From: Mobula hypostoma
Taxonomy: Eukaryota
Length of the DNA: 64,000 nt
NCBI RefSeq assembly: GCF_963921235.1
Contig: NC_086097.1
Coordinates: 215,948,001-216,012,000 of the forward strand
Direction of reading: 5' to 3'
A program made the position numbers and the translations under genes. Below the pieces are notes generated by a model. It saw nothing but the letters and a program-made list of their open reading frames with translations, was not told the DNA's origin and ran no database searches. Shown piece after piece: positions 1-13,447 of this stretch. The first letter of the stretch is position 1. The number at the start of each line of letters is the position of its first letter.

Positions 1-211
1 TGTGTTAAAACGGGTGCTGCACTGTTTGCACTAAAAACTCACTTAATTCAGCACAGGAGGATACAAGTTATGTGCAGCAATCGGAGAACAGCATCACTCA
101 AAGGCATTCTGCATGTGGTGCCCAGGCAGCTCTGATACACACACTGCAGAAACCATGGAAGAGAGTGGCCATAGGAGAGTGAGAGTGAATATTCATACAT
201 GCTTGTGTGTG

Positions 212-229
212 CACACACACACACACACA
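212..229 (+). repeat. (CA)n microsatellite
   Basis: cacacacacacacacaca run. Confidence 0.9.
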
Positions 230-899
230 GAAATGCTCTCCTACACCAGTGTTCACTACCACCCTCTCTAAATGCATTCTTCTCCCTAGAATGCTAAAGG
301 GAAGGTTAACCTAGCAAAGAGACAATAATGAAGAGGTAATCTCATGTCCTTCATCCCCTCTATTTAGAAAAAGACAGAGAGGAATACGAGGGAATGCACT
401 CGGCTGTCACAGATGCACCGTCTGATCTACATCGGCAACGTCATCCCGCACCTCATAGGTAGAGGTACCACCAAAGGAGCAAATCTAATCATAATTCTAT
501 CAGGTGTCCTCACTAACAACATTTCATTGTGATCATTACATTCCCTTTGATTTGACCACCAGTAGATACCTTCATGACCATCTGTGCTCTTGTATCACCA
601 TAAAAGTACAACTATTTTCTATTTTCTCTGCACATCAAAGCTATCGGAAGAACTCATATGATCACCCAGCCTCTATTCCCTAGAAAGAGCAAAGATGGAA
701 TGGGACAGGGGGTGGAGATGTATGGTGAGATGGCGAATTATCTGTCAGCTACTGGCCAAATAGAAATGACTAGGAGCATCTGTCAGCTCCTGCAAGAAGT
801 TTTACAGGGTTAGTGGTCATGACATCCTCTCTAGCCATCTTGTGTGATTCTGTGCAAGGTATCGTCGGTTGTGTCACCACATACCACCAACTGATGTGA

Positions 900-1400
900 T
901 ATACATTTAAATCCAAGCAACATTCTTAAAACACATTTAAACCTCACAGAGGATTTCTATCTTAAAGATTTCCAAATTACAAACCATTTCTAAAACACAA
1001 AGCACAGAGGATCTCCAAGACATAAATACAATTCCCATAAATTAAAAAGAAATACCAAGGAGTTGCAGGCGAACAAGTTTTCAGTCACGGAAACTAAAGA
1101 CAGAGGAATGAATTCTAGTTTACCCTTTGTTTTCTCCATGCTTCTTGATGTTCCTTTACCCTATTCCTAATACGCCTACACTGTGCTCAACATATGTATC
1201 CTTTCTCTACTTCTTGGGTGATTTCACATGCGTAAGATATTTCCTCAGATATCCTTTTAATACTAAAAGTCTAAAAGCATCTTGGAGACATAGATCTTAG
1301 CTTTACATCACTAATACTATAAAGCTAACTTCTCTGAGTACATAAAACTCCTAACATTAATAGATCAGTTATTCAATATGCTAAATGATATTATCCACCT
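900..1400 (+). mobile_element. Possible ancient L1/Tx1-like ORF2 remnant
   Basis: Broken frames give LKTHLNLTEDFYLKDFQITN-like and KASW/INRSVIQY-like peptides, reminiscent of the fish L1 ORF2 C-terminal region. Heavily decayed, with no intact motif. Confidence 0.25.
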
Positions 1401-2029
1401 GGTCTGCAAGCTTCCTTGAAATAAGCAACTTAATCAACTTTGTTTGGAACAAGATAAATTGAACAGCCCATTGTCTTACACTGCATCCCTTTGAACAGTA
1501 ATAAAATTCTTTTGTTTTAACTTCAAACTGATTACTGCTTTCTATTTACATTTTAAAAACACAGAACTAACCCTCATTTACAGCCACAAACTAAACAAAG
1601 CATAGTTGTTGGAAGTTTACTTACAACTGTTTGTTCTTACACATGGCAGCTGATGAGTTTAGAAAGCAAGCTTTGAAAGATATGAGGCAAGTTCTGAATG
1701 AATATCCATCACACTGGTCCAGTCTGTAAAGGCACAGCCAGAGGTGATACCAGGTCTTTCTGCTTCAGTGCAGTTTCACAATCAAGACAGAGGTCTGACC
1801 TGTGACTTATTCCAAGATACTGGGTTCATGCTGGCTCCCATAGGAGTAATCCCATCAATTTTGTTCCACCTCCTCATTTCTTTATAGTCCTATAACTTAT
1901 TCTTTCTCAAATTCTTATTTAATCCTTTTTTCATCGAATATGCATGAAGATATAATTTACAGAGTCAATTAATCGGCCAGTATATTGAAAGGAAGTGAGA
2001 TGAAACTGGATCAAGAGGAATTATTGAGA

Positions 2030-2594
2030 GAGCCATGCTCTCTTCTCACTGCTGCCATCAGGAAGGAGTTACAGGAGCCATTTCTCCCACACTACCAGGT
2101 TCAGGAACAGTTACTACCCCTCAATCATCAGCTTTTTGAGATAGAGGGGATAACTTCACTCACCCCAACAGTGAACTGATTCACAACCAATGAATTCACT
2201 TTCAAGGACTCTACAAGGCATGTTCTTGATATACATTGCTTATTTACTTATTTAACTTCTTTTGTATTTGCAGTTTGTTGTCTTTTGCACTTTGGTTGTT
2301 TGCCCAGTTTTCTTATGTGCAGTTTTTCATCGATTCTGTTGTGTTTCTTTGTACTTACTGTGAATGCCCACAAGAAAATGAATCTCTGGGCAGTATATGG
2401 CAGCGTTTATTTATTACAACATGGAATAGGCTCTTCCAGTTACACCACACAGTAACCTATGATTTAATCCCAGCCTAATTTACAATGACCAATTAACCGA
2501 TTAACCTTTGGATTGTGGGCAGAAACCAGAACACCAGGAGGAAACCCAAGTGGTCACATATGTACTTAGATAATAAACTTACCTTGAACTTTGA
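2030..2594 (+). mobile_element. Rex1/Babar-like LINE 3' end and UTR, interrupted by a SINE fragment (~2401-2555, minus)
   Basis: ccatgctctcttctcactgctgccatcaggaag...aggttcaggaacagttactacccc is shared with the copies at ~17680 and ~24175. Tail ...aaacttaccttgaactttga. The inner ggattgtgggcagaaaccagaacaccaggaggaaaccc is a V-SINE core. Confidence 0.7.
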
Positions 2595-3200
2595 CTAGAA
2601 TATAAAAGCAAGGACATAATGTTGCTGCTTTATAAAGCATTGGTCAGACCACATTGAAGTATTGTGTGCAGTTTTGGATCTCACATCTAAGGAAGAATCT
2701 GTTGGCATTTGAGAGGCTCCAGGGAATTGTTACAAGAACTATCCCAGGAACGAAAGGGTTAATGTGTGAGGAGTGTTTGGTGGCTTTGGGCCTGTATTCA
2801 ATGGAATTTAGAAAGATGAAGGAGGATCTCATTGAAACTTACAACATATTGAAAGGCTTAGATAGAGTGGATGTGTGTTTTCAGTCATGAGAGAGTCTAG
2901 GACAAGAAAACACTGCCTCAGCAATAAAAGGATGCCATTTCAGAAAAGAAACGAGGAGAAATTTCTTTAACCCATAGAATATGGAATCCGTGGAATTCAT
3001 TGCCACAGGCAGCTATGGAGGCCAAGTCATTCGGTACATTTAAAATAGAGATTAACAGGTTCTTGATTAGGAAGGGTGTCAAAGGTTAAAGGGAGGAATC
3101 AGGAGAATTGGGTTGAGAAGGAATAATAAATCAGCCATGATTGAACGGTGGAGTAAGCTTGATGGGCGGAATGATTTAATTCTGCCATGTCTTATGGTTC
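2595..3200 (+). mobile_element. CR1-clade LINE, 5'-truncated 3' fragment
   Basis: Peptide YCVQFWISHLRKNLLAFERLQ...EDLIETYNILKGLDRVD (CR1 ORF2 C-terminus). 3' end ...atgtcttatggttc. Confidence 0.9.
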
Positions 3201-3330
3201 ATGCAGTAGAAACAGGGAGAACTTGCAAATGTCCCACAGACTGCACTCAAGGTTAGGTTCGAATTCAGGTCTTTGGAGGGATAGGACAGCAGTGTATAAG
3301 ACATAAGTGCTGCTCCACCATGCTGTCCTG
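3200..3330 (-). mobile_element. tRNA-derived SINE 5' fragment
   Basis: acagggagaacttgcaaatgtcccacagactgcactcaaggttaggttcgaattcaggtc resembles the head region of the other SINE copies. Confidence 0.55.
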
Positions 3331-3539
3331 TTTAATGCCCTCATTTAACTGCAAAATGCCATTTGTGAGCATATTACTAGCTTCAGTGGACATGGTTATT
3401 CTATCATGAGCAGCTAATAGTTCCCCACCAGTAAAATGCTGTCCTGCTTAAGCAGAGATGCCATGTGTGAGCAAACCATTCTCCTATAGCAGCAGCAGAG
3501 ATATGGTGCATAGTCTTCTGGTAAGATGGTAGTATGCTC

Positions 3540-4790
3540 AGATGCAAGGGCCTCTCTGAGGTCAACCATAGGCATTTTTGTCTTCTTTTAAATGTCTTTT
3601 TTACAATCGCAAGACCATGCTGGACATTAAAGAAGTCAAATACTACAGGTCCACTCTACAGTGAGTTGCTTGTTTGCGAAAGAGCTGGACTTGGTATGGA
3701 CTATGTGTCAGCCTGAACATAGAACATAGGAAACTACAGCACATTACAGGCCCTTTGGCCCACAATGCTGTGCCAGCCATGTAACCTACTCTAGAAACTG
3801 CCAAGAATTTCCACAGCGCATAGCCTTCTATTTTTCTAAGCTCCATATACATAGCTAAGAGGCTCTTAAAAGACCCTATTGTATCCGCTTCCACCACCGC
3901 CGTCGGCAGTGCATTCCACGCACCCACCACTCCCTGTGTGAAAAACTTACCCCAACATTCCCTTGGTACCTACTTCCAAGCACCTTAAAACTACGCCCCC
4001 TCATGTTAGCCTGGAAACAAGCCTCTGGCTACTCACAGAATCAATGCCTCTCACCACCTTATACACCTTGATCAAGTCACCTCTCATCCTCCATCGCTCC
4101 AAGGAGAAAAGTCCAAGTTCACTCAACCTATTCTCATAAGTTACGTCCTTAATCCAGGCAACATCCTGTTAAATCTCCTCTGCACTCTCTCCATAGTATC
4201 CACATCCTGTTACAGAAAGGCATTGGAGTCAGCGCACGAACAGTGAGTAGATGTTTTTCTTGGCAATTGCAAAACCCTGCTCTACATTGGTATGTAAAAT
4301 ACTGTAAGTCTGGTTCACCGGTTTAGTGGCATGACTGGCGGTGGGGGAGCTACATGGTCTCAGTTGCAGTGAGGACTATGCTTGTTGCAGAAGTCCCAGA
4401 GGAGAGATGCTGGAGGCAGTGTGGTGCAGTGTCCATGCTGGATTGGGGGCCGCCCCCTCCCATTGGTGCTGCCCTCTGGTGTTTGCTTGGTGGAAGTCAA
4501 GCTGGAATGCATGTGTGCATTCGTCTGCGGACTGATGAAGCTTGTTCTTGCTGACAATACCCATGCGCCATCAAACAGGGCATGTTACTCAAGGAAACCG
4601 GTTATATGCAATTTTTTTTTGTGTCTGTATGTTTACTGTGATCTTATATGTGCTATATTTGCCTTGTGCTGTGTATGACTGTTGAAATTGTGTTTTGCAC
4701 CTTGGCCCCAGAGGAATGCTTTTTAAAATTGGCTGTATTCATGGGTGTTAATATATGGTTGAAACAATAATTAAATTTGAACTTGAAATT
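3540..4790 (+). mobile_element. Unclassified non-LTR-type repeat split by the CR1 at 3716-4207
   Basis: GC-richer sequence on both sides of the CR1, ending in a LINE-type tail aataattaaatttgaacttgaa. Confidence 0.5.
3716..4207 (-). mobile_element. CR1-clade LINE 3' fragment (ttctatgt-tail family)
   Basis: ORF VGAWNALPTAVVEADTIGSFKSLL...YMELRKIEGY; terminal gaacatagaacatag repeats. Same family as 31160-32438 and 46698-47040. Confidence 0.9.
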
Positions 4791-5929
4791 TGCTGCTCTA
4801 CCGCAGGAGTGAAGGTATGTTTCTCCCACATTCCTAACACTGACTCATTCTTATCATGATCAGAGAGTCCTGTACAAGATACACAAAAAGCAGACTTCTG
4901 GCAGAAGACTGCAGACAGCAGGGACACAACACAAAATGACGTAGAGTCGGTCAGTGAGTGAGCTCCAGTTCAGGAGGCTGAATCAATGGTAGAATGAGCT
5001 GAGAGCCTGCAGATCACCTCATCAATGTCAACCTAGTCCCAGGAAACTATCTGATGGTATATTCAGCATACTGACAAGTCCCCTGAACAGGAGTACCCAG
5101 TCACTCCCACAACAATATCTCAGGCAGCACACAGCCATCCATGTCACAAAGCATTGGCCCTGAACAACTGTCTGAAGATGGCTCACTACGGAAGAGTTAC
5201 TCTTGAATCATCACACACATTAGTTCACACTCAATGGGAATGGGAGGTACTGTGATACCCAAGGCCCTACAATAAGGCAGAGAGATTTTGAAACCCACAT
5301 AACCAGTAAAACAGGAAGGACACTTTTCCACCAAAAAAGTCATGATTTTCAATGTCTTATCATTTGACTTTTTTCCCTCAATATTGATTCTGAACACCAA
5401 GTGATGTTCAAAATGCTACCCTCATTGATTGTGGTACAGCTACTGCTGACATTGCTCTGGACAATGCCATATCTTGTAAGGTTGCTGATGGAGAGTTGCC
5501 ATTGCATCACAAGTTGGTCTCATTGAATGGATTGTTGCAGTTTCACACTAAAAAAAAATCCCTGTTAGCTTAAGCACCTTCAGTGATCTTTGGCAGGTGT
5601 TTGAGCAGCCTGCAGTGAATTGTGAACCCAGTGACTACAGTGGGCATTCAGTGAAGGCTGTGGAATGCGTCCAGCACTTTCCATTTACGTCAGCAAGAGA
5701 GGAAACAGGCTCTGTGTCTTGTGACATCATCAGGTGTGCTGTTCAGCTGCACCAAGCTACACCAGATAAAGTTGCTTTTATGCAAAATCTGAACATGAAG
5801 AATGGCCACTAACTTATCTACTCTAGATTTAGAAATAATGAATTCAATTGAAGCAGAATAATTTTTACTTGGATAAAGAGCTGTGATAATTTGTATGGAG
5901 CAAGATCCCCAAGTATTCGAATGGAAATC

Positions 5930-6215
5930 AGAAAACTGCAGATGCTGAAAATCCAAAATTAAAACAGAAACTTCTAGAAACACTCAAGAGGTCAGACACA
6001 GTCTATGAAAATACAAACTGTTAATGTTTCTGGTCCAAGAAATTCGAACGGATCTGGGAAAGAGAAATCCAAGTTACTTTAAATAGCAGAAACGGGTCTA
6101 TCCTTTACTGAAAACTGACTTTTCTTTTCTCTTTCCCAGTTCTAAGAAAAGGCCCTGTTCCTTTTTTGTTTGTCTGAACTGTTGACTGTTTCCAACATTT
6201 TCTGTTTTCATTCCC
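5930..6215. mobile_element. Old PLE pseudo-LTR fragments in inverted (fold-back) arrangement
   Basis: aactgcagatgctgaaaatcc... (minus-strand pLTR tail) followed by a plus-strand ...cccagttctaagaaaagg...tccaacattttctgtttt copy. Confidence 0.55.
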
Positions 6216-6329
6216 AAAACGGCAAATGCACTGAATAAAGTTAGCCTTCTTGTAGTGATGAGACAAGCGTTGGCTAGAACATACTACTCTCCTCAAAATT
6301 GTGCCACGGGAGTCTCTTGTTTCCACCAA

Positions 6330-6735
6330 CAAACAGCCTCCTTCTTCCATTCCCCATTCATGCTCCCTACTTACTTCTTTTCTTCTCATCACCTGCCTAT
6401 CACCTCCCCCTGCTACCCCTCCTACTTCCCTTTCTCCGATAGTCCACTCTCCTCTTCTATCAGATTCTTTTTCCAGCCCTTTACCTCTTCCAGCTATCAC
6501 CTCCCAGCTTCTCACTTCACTCCCCTCCCCGACACATCTCCGTCCCCCTAACTTGGGTTCACCTATCGCCCTCTAAGCTCATACTCCTGCCCCTCCCCCA
6601 ACTTCTTATTCAGGCTTGTCCCCGTTTCCTTTCCAGTCCTGATTAGCGGTCTTGGCCCAAAATGTCCACCATATATTCTTTTCCATAGAAGCTGCCTGAT
6701 CTGTTGAGATCCTCCAGCCTTTTGTGTGTGTTAAT
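6330..6735 (+). mobile_element. Penelope-like element pseudo-LTR with degenerate hammerhead motif
   Basis: Pyrimidine-rich tract, then agtcctgattagcggtcttggcccaaaatgtc and the tail tccatagaagctgcctgatctgttgagatcctccagccttttgtgtgtg. Confidence 0.8.
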
Positions 6736-6875
6736 CTTAATTTCTCAAACTTGGGACTGTGATTTTTGCAAATGCAGATTTTGAACTTAAGCAGCAGCCT
6801 TAATTTATTTAAGTTTCAAGTGGAGTTTGAACCCACAGGATTCTAAAAGCTGTAGGTAAAAGTAAGTAAGCTGTG

Positions 6876-6990
6876 TTAGAAAAATAGAGGGCTATGGGTA
6901 ACCCTAGGTAATTTCTAAAGTAAGTACATGTTTGGTACAGCATTGTGGGCCGAAGGGTCTATATTGTGCTGTTGGTTTTCTATGTTTCTC
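6876..6990 (+). mobile_element. CR1 extreme 3' end (~115 bp)
   Basis: ttagaaaaatagagggctatgggtaaccctagg...ttttctatgtttct, close match to 32323-32438. Confidence 0.85.
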
Positions 6991-8126
6991 GTAAAAACAG
7001 ATTGCCATATCAAGGACATCAGTGAATGCTAGAGTGACAGGTTACCGTACTTAATAACTCCACGCTATCAAGACACCTAGAAGTTAGGTTCTATCACAAT
7101 GCCTTTTGAGTGTCCCAATTCTAAAATGCTGGGCATTTAAAATTTTGCTGCTTCCTGAAGCAGGCGAGAAGCTGGTGTCAGATAAGGTGTGATTGCTGTT
7201 CTCAAATCAGACCATGCATTTCCTTAGAGAATTTTTTTTTCCGTTTTGCTGACTCCCAAGATTAAAAGGATCATATGTCTTCATTTCTCATTCCAAAATG
7301 GACGTCAGATTCAATATAAAGATTTAACACATTGTGTACTGGATGGCTTCTAGCTTAAATTGTGCTTCATTATAGAGTTTGTTTTAGAAAAGATTTAGTT
7401 ATCATCCAAAGAGGTAAGAATTATTAGAATGAAAAACAGAAACAGAAAGAAAACAAATGAAGCCATCAGTGAAGGAATAGGCATTGCAAATGCTAATTTT
7501 ATATAGGATTCCAAACACCAACTCTTCAAAATGACAGCTATAAATTTGAGCAGTACTTAACAAAAGGAAATTACTAAACTTTGCCATAGTATATTCAGAA
7601 TTCTATTGATTCAATCTGTATGCAAAATTATGTGGCCAGGAACTTTGAACCTGACGTATCCTGGATTAATTTTGCCTTATCAGAAACAGGGTGAGTGCAG
7701 TACAAGAAGTGCACTAACACTACAATGCAAATAGTTCACTACATGAACACCAGGTTAAGTCCTTCAAAATTATATTTAAAATAAATGAAATTTTAATTTT
7801 AATTGCTACAGTTCTCAAACTGAAAGAAAAACTCAGCCACTCACGATGGAGAATCTGTCTTTAATTAAGCAATCCCACACACCCAGTATTGAGCAGGTTT
7901 CAAAGAGACAATTAGGACCAACACCTTAGAAGCCCTAGTTCTGCTTTGTATTCACTGGTGGAGCAGACTCATGAGGTGTACCGGTGTTTGTTGGTAATTA
8001 AACTATCTCCATTGTGTATAAGGAAATGCACAATGAAAAAGTGAAAATAGCTATCTATGGTATCGTCCACATTTTTCAAGTAATACTGTAATTTCCATTT
8101 TCCAGTTCCAAAGTAGAATGAGTTAC

Positions 8127-8333
8127 CTAAGGTCACCATGCTGTCTAGAACTTCTTTGCTGAGGGCGATATTGAAGTCAGGGCTTGGCCGCTGGCCTACT
8201 GCCTGTAACACGTGGTCAATTTCATCTCGCACAGCTGCATGGGCTTCTGGGTTCTTCACAATGTAATATAGGGTCCAGAACGCAGCTGGAACCGTGTTTC
8301 CAACAGCAGCCCACAGTAAGGTAAAATGATGTG
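8127..8333 (-). CDS. cyp7b1: CYP7B1-like P450, internal exon (equivalent to exon 4; I-helix), 207 bp, phase 1-1
   Basis: Acceptor ttctcacAG|CACAT, donor TTAG|GTAACT. Encodes AHHFTLLWAAVGNTVPAAFWTLYYIVKNPEAHAAVRDEIDHVLQAVGQ...LDSMVTL, matching the CYP7B1 pattern AHHxxxLWASVxNTxP...PEAxAAVRDEID. Confidence 0.93.
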
Positions 8334-9724
8334 CTGTGAGAAAATAAGTGAAAAGGAAGATTAATAGCATTTATTACACTGATTAGATTTGCAGTGTGCT
8401 AATTAAAAGATGTTAGGACAAAGACCCAGCCAAGGATCAGTGAATGCTAATGAGGACCAATAGGCTTCTAAAGTCTAATTTTCTGCTTAATGAGGACAGT
8501 TTCAAAGTAATGTTACATTGAAGGCGGGAGGGATAGATGTAGCTCTGTTAAATCTGCCTCATTATCAGCAATAAGTGCCTTTTTTACCACATCAGCAAAA
8601 AGTTGAATTCAATTATCACAGAAGGCTTTTGCAGGCTGAAGATATTACAATATCAACCCATTCCAAATATTATTAAAAAAATTCCTTCAAGGTCACACCA
8701 TCGTCATCTTCTTTACATAAGATTTCATAATTTTTGAGCTTTTAGTCTAAATTAAGATTTTTGCCTTTCTTGGTATTTGTCATGAATATTGACTGGTGCA
8801 TGCACCTCAAGCTTCCTTTCCTCCATCACTGCATAACAATTCGATTCATTGGTGCACAGGTTCTTTTAAAGATCTACTCTCCCCTCTTGATTGTTCTGTG
8901 TGCCTGGGTAACCCAATGGACCAGGTCCCAGAAAAGAAATTCTTCTCCATTACACACACAGAACAAATGCAAGACCACATATGGTATGAACTTCACACAT
9001 CTAAATCCTTTTTCAAAATTTCCCCTTTCTAGGTACAACCATAGCCTCCATATATTCCTTCCTCTCTTTGGTTTTCATTTGGTAAAGTGACCAGCCAAGT
9101 CAGAAAATATACAAACACACAGAATGTCAAACCATGGCACAGCAGTGGAATGGGGACCTAGTATGTACAATGACAACACCAAAAATGTGGGAGGAGGTAG
9201 TTTGCAAAAAGGGCTTATGCCCATTAACAGAGAAAAATTCAGGGTGTTGGGATGAGTCAGTGAGAATGAGGGGATAGAACAGACAGCCTTCAAAACCAAT
9301 GCTGAAATCGTATTGAGTATCCTCATTATTACTTCCGAAAAATCTGCCCTACTGTGATTTCCATTTTTAATATTAGGCTCCTTATTGTCTCTCAGAGAAA
9401 CTGGTTATTGATGAACTATGAAATATTTTGGGGTGTATTGATAGTCTATGAAGATTCTTTTCAAGAACCAATATTATTTATTTTCTACTTATGCTCATTA
9501 GTCCGAGACAAGAAGTTCAGTGCTACATTTCAGCTGCAAAGGCACAGCATTCAATTTTATTATGACAGTGATTTCAATTACATGTGAAACCATCGCTCTT
9601 ATCATGCATGTTTTATAAGTTTTTCTATAAGAAGAAATTAGCAGAATGACATAGCATCTTGGGATATCAGAGTACTATGGTGTCACGCAGCTGAAAGAAC
9701 CGATTTGTTCATCTTTTTGCTTAC

Positions 9725-10318
9725 CTGCTTTCTGATCATCCTGAAGATATGAATAGCCATCAAGAAAGTCTTTTCTGGCTTGTATTACTTTTGCCATATT
9801 TAGCCGTTGGTCCAATTCCTTTGATGTAAAGTAACTAATCAGTTCCTTGCGAATTCTTTTTGTGTTTCCTAGAAGTTCAATGGGAATCCTTGCAGCCAGG
9901 TACATAAGCATTTGGTCAAACTTAAGGAATTTCTCCCTTAGTTCAGCAATTTTTTTTTGTTCATCCTTTGGTGCTTTTCCATACAGAGATACATAACTGG
10001 CTTCAATGATGATTCGGCAACAAAAGTCATACATGTATTCAATTCTCCATTCTGTTGATCCCACCTGCTCTTGTCTCATTATGTTCTGAAGATTTTCAGT
10101 CGTACTTTTATGCAAAATAATTAACTCATCCCCCTGTAAGTAGTTATAGAGCTTGCGAATCTCTTCGAAGGATACGGGAATTTTGGGGTCACTCATTAAA
10201 GGGTGACCAAATACTCTTGCTGAAAGTGTTGTTGAAAATTCTTGGAAGTCTAATTGTTTCCCAAGCTGAATGACTAACTGGTAAAGGAATGGATCTAAGA
10301 TAAAAGTAATATATTTGC
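9725..10318 (-). CDS. cyp7b1: CYP7B1-like P450, internal exon (equivalent to exon 3), 594 bp, phase 1-1
   Basis: Acceptor tttcttacAG|GCAAA, donor GCAG|GTAAGC. Stop-free frame GKYITFILDPFLYQLVI...ELREKFLKFDQMLMYLAARIPIELLGNTKRIRKELI; the GKYITFILDPF and IPIELLGN motifs are as in CYP7B1. Confidence 0.95.
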
Positions 10319-10789
10319 CTGTAAGAAATAAAACAATAGCTGTTAGCATGTTAAACCTCTTAGCTTAAGATCTGACTTGCAGCTCTCTCCAATAAAGCTG
10401 TAAATATGATGACTTATTGGTGACACTATATTTTGACTGGATTTAATCCACTCCATCCCTCCAAAAAAAATCAAGTTGTGCCAGAAAAAAATAGCAAAAT
10501 GCTGCAAGAACCATTGGACAGGAATCCTGTTCTTTTTGCCTTCTGCACACCTAATGATATACAATAAAACTCTGCCCACTGTGATGCAAGTGACCTACAT
10601 TCTAGTGCTTACTTTTGATTTAATTTGTCAGATTACTACCAAAAAAAAACTATTAATATAGTACAATTTGTCTCTAAAATTATCTATTTGCATCCTTTTG
10701 GGATTGTCTTCAATTTTTGACATCATTGAAGACATCCTTCTGGTCCAAAATCTCTCCACCATCTCTCAACCATACGAACGAGGCTCCCT

Positions 10790-11072
10790 TCTTACTTTAC
10801 ACTTTATTGTCACCAAACAATTGATACTAGACCGTACGATCATCACAGCGATATTTGATTCTGTGCTTTACACTCCCTGGAGTACAAATCGATAGTAAAT
10901 ATGAAAAATTTAAATTATAAATCATAAATAGAAAATAGAAAAGGGAAAGTAAGGGAGTGCAAAAAAAAAATGAGAGGCAGGTCCGGATATTTGGAGGGTA
11001 CGGACCAGATCCAGGTCAGGATCCGTTCAGCAGTCTTATCACAGTTGGAAAGAAGCTGTTCCCAAATCTGAC
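10790..11072 (-). mobile_element. Rex1/Babar-like LINE 3' end
   Basis: ctttacactttattgtcaccaaacaattgatactag tail through ...ggaaagaagctgttcccaaatctg, which reads DSFFP on the minus strand. Confidence 0.6.
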
Positions 11073-11335
11073 CCATCCAATAGTAGCTACAGGAGTGCAG
11101 GCACTGGCATCATCACTCAAAAACACCTCAACTATTTATATTTGAGTCCTCCTATTTCTCTCACATGCAATTCTCTCACCAGCATCATCTGAAAATCAGT
11201 CATTTCCACCCTCACCTATTACACCCATCTATATCTCACCATTACCTTGTTTGACCTGTTCTTCTTAAACAATCAAAAGATTTCCTCCAGTCTTGCTGGA
11301 CTGAGTGTTCTACCCAGAATTCCTCTCACTGTCTC

Positions 11336-11675
11336 CATAAGACCACAAGACATAGGAGCAGAATTAGGCCATTCAGCTCATTGGGTCTGCTCAACCATTC
11401 AAACATGACTGATTTATTTTTCCTGTCAACCCCATTCTCCTGCCTTCTCCTCATAACCTTTGACACTCTTACTAATCAAGAACCTATCTACCTCCACTTT
11501 AAATATTACCAATGACTTGCACTCCACGCAACTTATACCCAATAAATTCTACATATTTGCCATCAGCTAGCTAAAGAAATTCCTCCCCATCTCTGTACTC
11601 GAGGGAGGTTCTTCTTTTCTGAAGTCAAGCTTTCTGGTTCTAGACTCTCCCACTCTTTGAAACATCCACTTCCAT
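11336..11675 (-). mobile_element. CR1 LINE 3' fragment
   Basis: cataagaccacaagacataggagcagaattaggcc terminus; aatcaagaacctatct; homologous to 13703-14050. Confidence 0.85.
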
Positions 11676-12211
11676 GTTCCAACTTTGCTGGTTTTGATGC
11701 TCAGCCATGTCTTGGTAACACAATATCTCCCAAACTCCAGAGTTAAAAACAGATCGCTCTTAACATTTGAGTTCCCTGGCGTCAGAAACTGTGAAGGGCT
11801 AAGGAAAGTGGTGATAAGGTAGTGCTGGCTGGCTGGGCCTCCTGTGGAACAGTAAGGGTGCCATGCCCTGGAACAGCCTCAAAGGCTTTGAAGCTGACAA
11901 AACCTTGCACCCAGCTTTGCTAGGTCTCAAAAGGCCTGAAACCAGAGACAATTTGAAAACTATTATATTGAAATAAACAAGTTAAAGCCATTAATAATTT
12001 TAAAGAAAAATTACCTATGTCTCTATATGCCTCATACCAACATCCCTAAAGTCTCCACTGTAATCCAAAGGACTCAGAGTCTGTGCCACAGATGATTGCA
12101 GTTTAAATCCTGGGCAATCTCAGTAAAACTGAGTTCCGTCAGCCAATCCCACTTCACCACCATTTTCCTTAATTCCTCAGTGCCTTAAATCCATTAGTAA
12201 TTCTGGGATTA

Positions 12212-12496
12212 TTTAACTTATTTTATTTATTTAGTATGTCTGAACAGACCCTTCCAGCCCAATGAGCCACCTATTATACCCTTGCCTAATCACAGGACAA
12301 TTTACAATGACTAATTAAACTACTAATCAGTACTTCTTTGGAACCAGGGAGGAAACTGGAGCACCCAGAGGAAAGCCATGTGCTCACGGACAGGATATAC
12401 TGTATAAACTCCTTACAGGTGGCATCAGAATTGAACTCCAAACTCCAATGCCCCGAGCTGTTACAGCATCATGCTAACCACTACATTACTGTGGCT
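12212..12496 (-). mobile_element. V-SINE/HE1-like tRNA-derived SINE
   Basis: Core ggaggaaactggagcacccagaggaaagccatg, acaatttacaatgac, B-box-like gaattgaact, head gctaaccactac. Confidence 0.8.
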
Positions 12497-13371
12497 AAAG
12501 GCTATCATGTTGATTAAAAAGCCAGTTGAGATCTGGCCTGATATTGAGAGTACCAAACCCATTATTTCCAACATTCAGTTCAAAATTCATTCATAGCATT
12601 AGCAACTACTTGAAACCAAGTTTGCCACTTTGATCTACGTGAATCTGATGGAGCATTGGATTGCCTATCTATGACACTGCTCAGGGTGTCTATTTCTGCC
12701 TCTTTAACACTGCTCATTTACTCACTCCCTCAGCTTATTTACTGCTGGAATCTTCATACATGCCTTTATTACCTGTAGACTGACCTGGACATCTCCATAT
12801 CATGTTTTGACTCAGCATAAATCTTGTTCCCTCATTCTCCCTATGACCTGCAGTTTCTGCCAATATATCTCTACCTCCATTTTTAAAGTGTCCACGATGT
12901 TCACATTCCTACAGGATCTAGTCCTTTCTCATCTCTATAACCTCCCCAAGTTCTACAGCCTTTCAATACATGGGTACACTAATTTTCATCAATTGCTTGG
13001 CCCTGAATTTAATCCATCCACAGAAGGTGAATGTGCATTTAGCTGCCAAAATCCTACACTCTGGAATTCCATTCTTAAGTCTGTCCACGTCTCTAGCACA
13101 TTTTCCTTCTTAAAATTCTCCTCAAAATCTACATTCTTGGCAGGTTTTGGTTAACTGCCTTCTTAATTGAAATAGTATCATTAAAAAAATAATGCATCTT
13201 AGGATATTCTTGCTTTATCTAATACATGTATGAATGGAAATATTTATTGCTGTTATAATAATCCAAATTAATATGTAAACAAAAGTGGTGGAAGAAAAGC
13301 TTGTAAGCAGGAGCTGTGGAGCAGCAAAATGGTGTTGTACATAGCATCGCCAATAACTAGCAGAGTTGTCA

Positions 13372-13447
13372 ACTCTGTTCATCTATTCATTTCCATAGAT
13401 GCTGCCTGACCTGCTGAGTTCCTCCAGCGTTTTGTGTGTGTTACGTT
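13372..13447 (+). mobile_element. Short PLE pseudo-LTR tail fragment flanked by agttgtca direct repeats
   Basis: tttccatagatgctgcctgacctgctgagttcctccagcgttttgtgtgtg, with agttgtca on both sides. Confidence 0.75.

Noticed and set aside
1..8126. Search for the P450 ExxR and heme-binding (FGxGxxxCPG) exons
   Set aside because: None found by eye. VEKCPSC in ORF 5197-5400 is not a heme motif. These exons probably lie beyond the left edge of the window.
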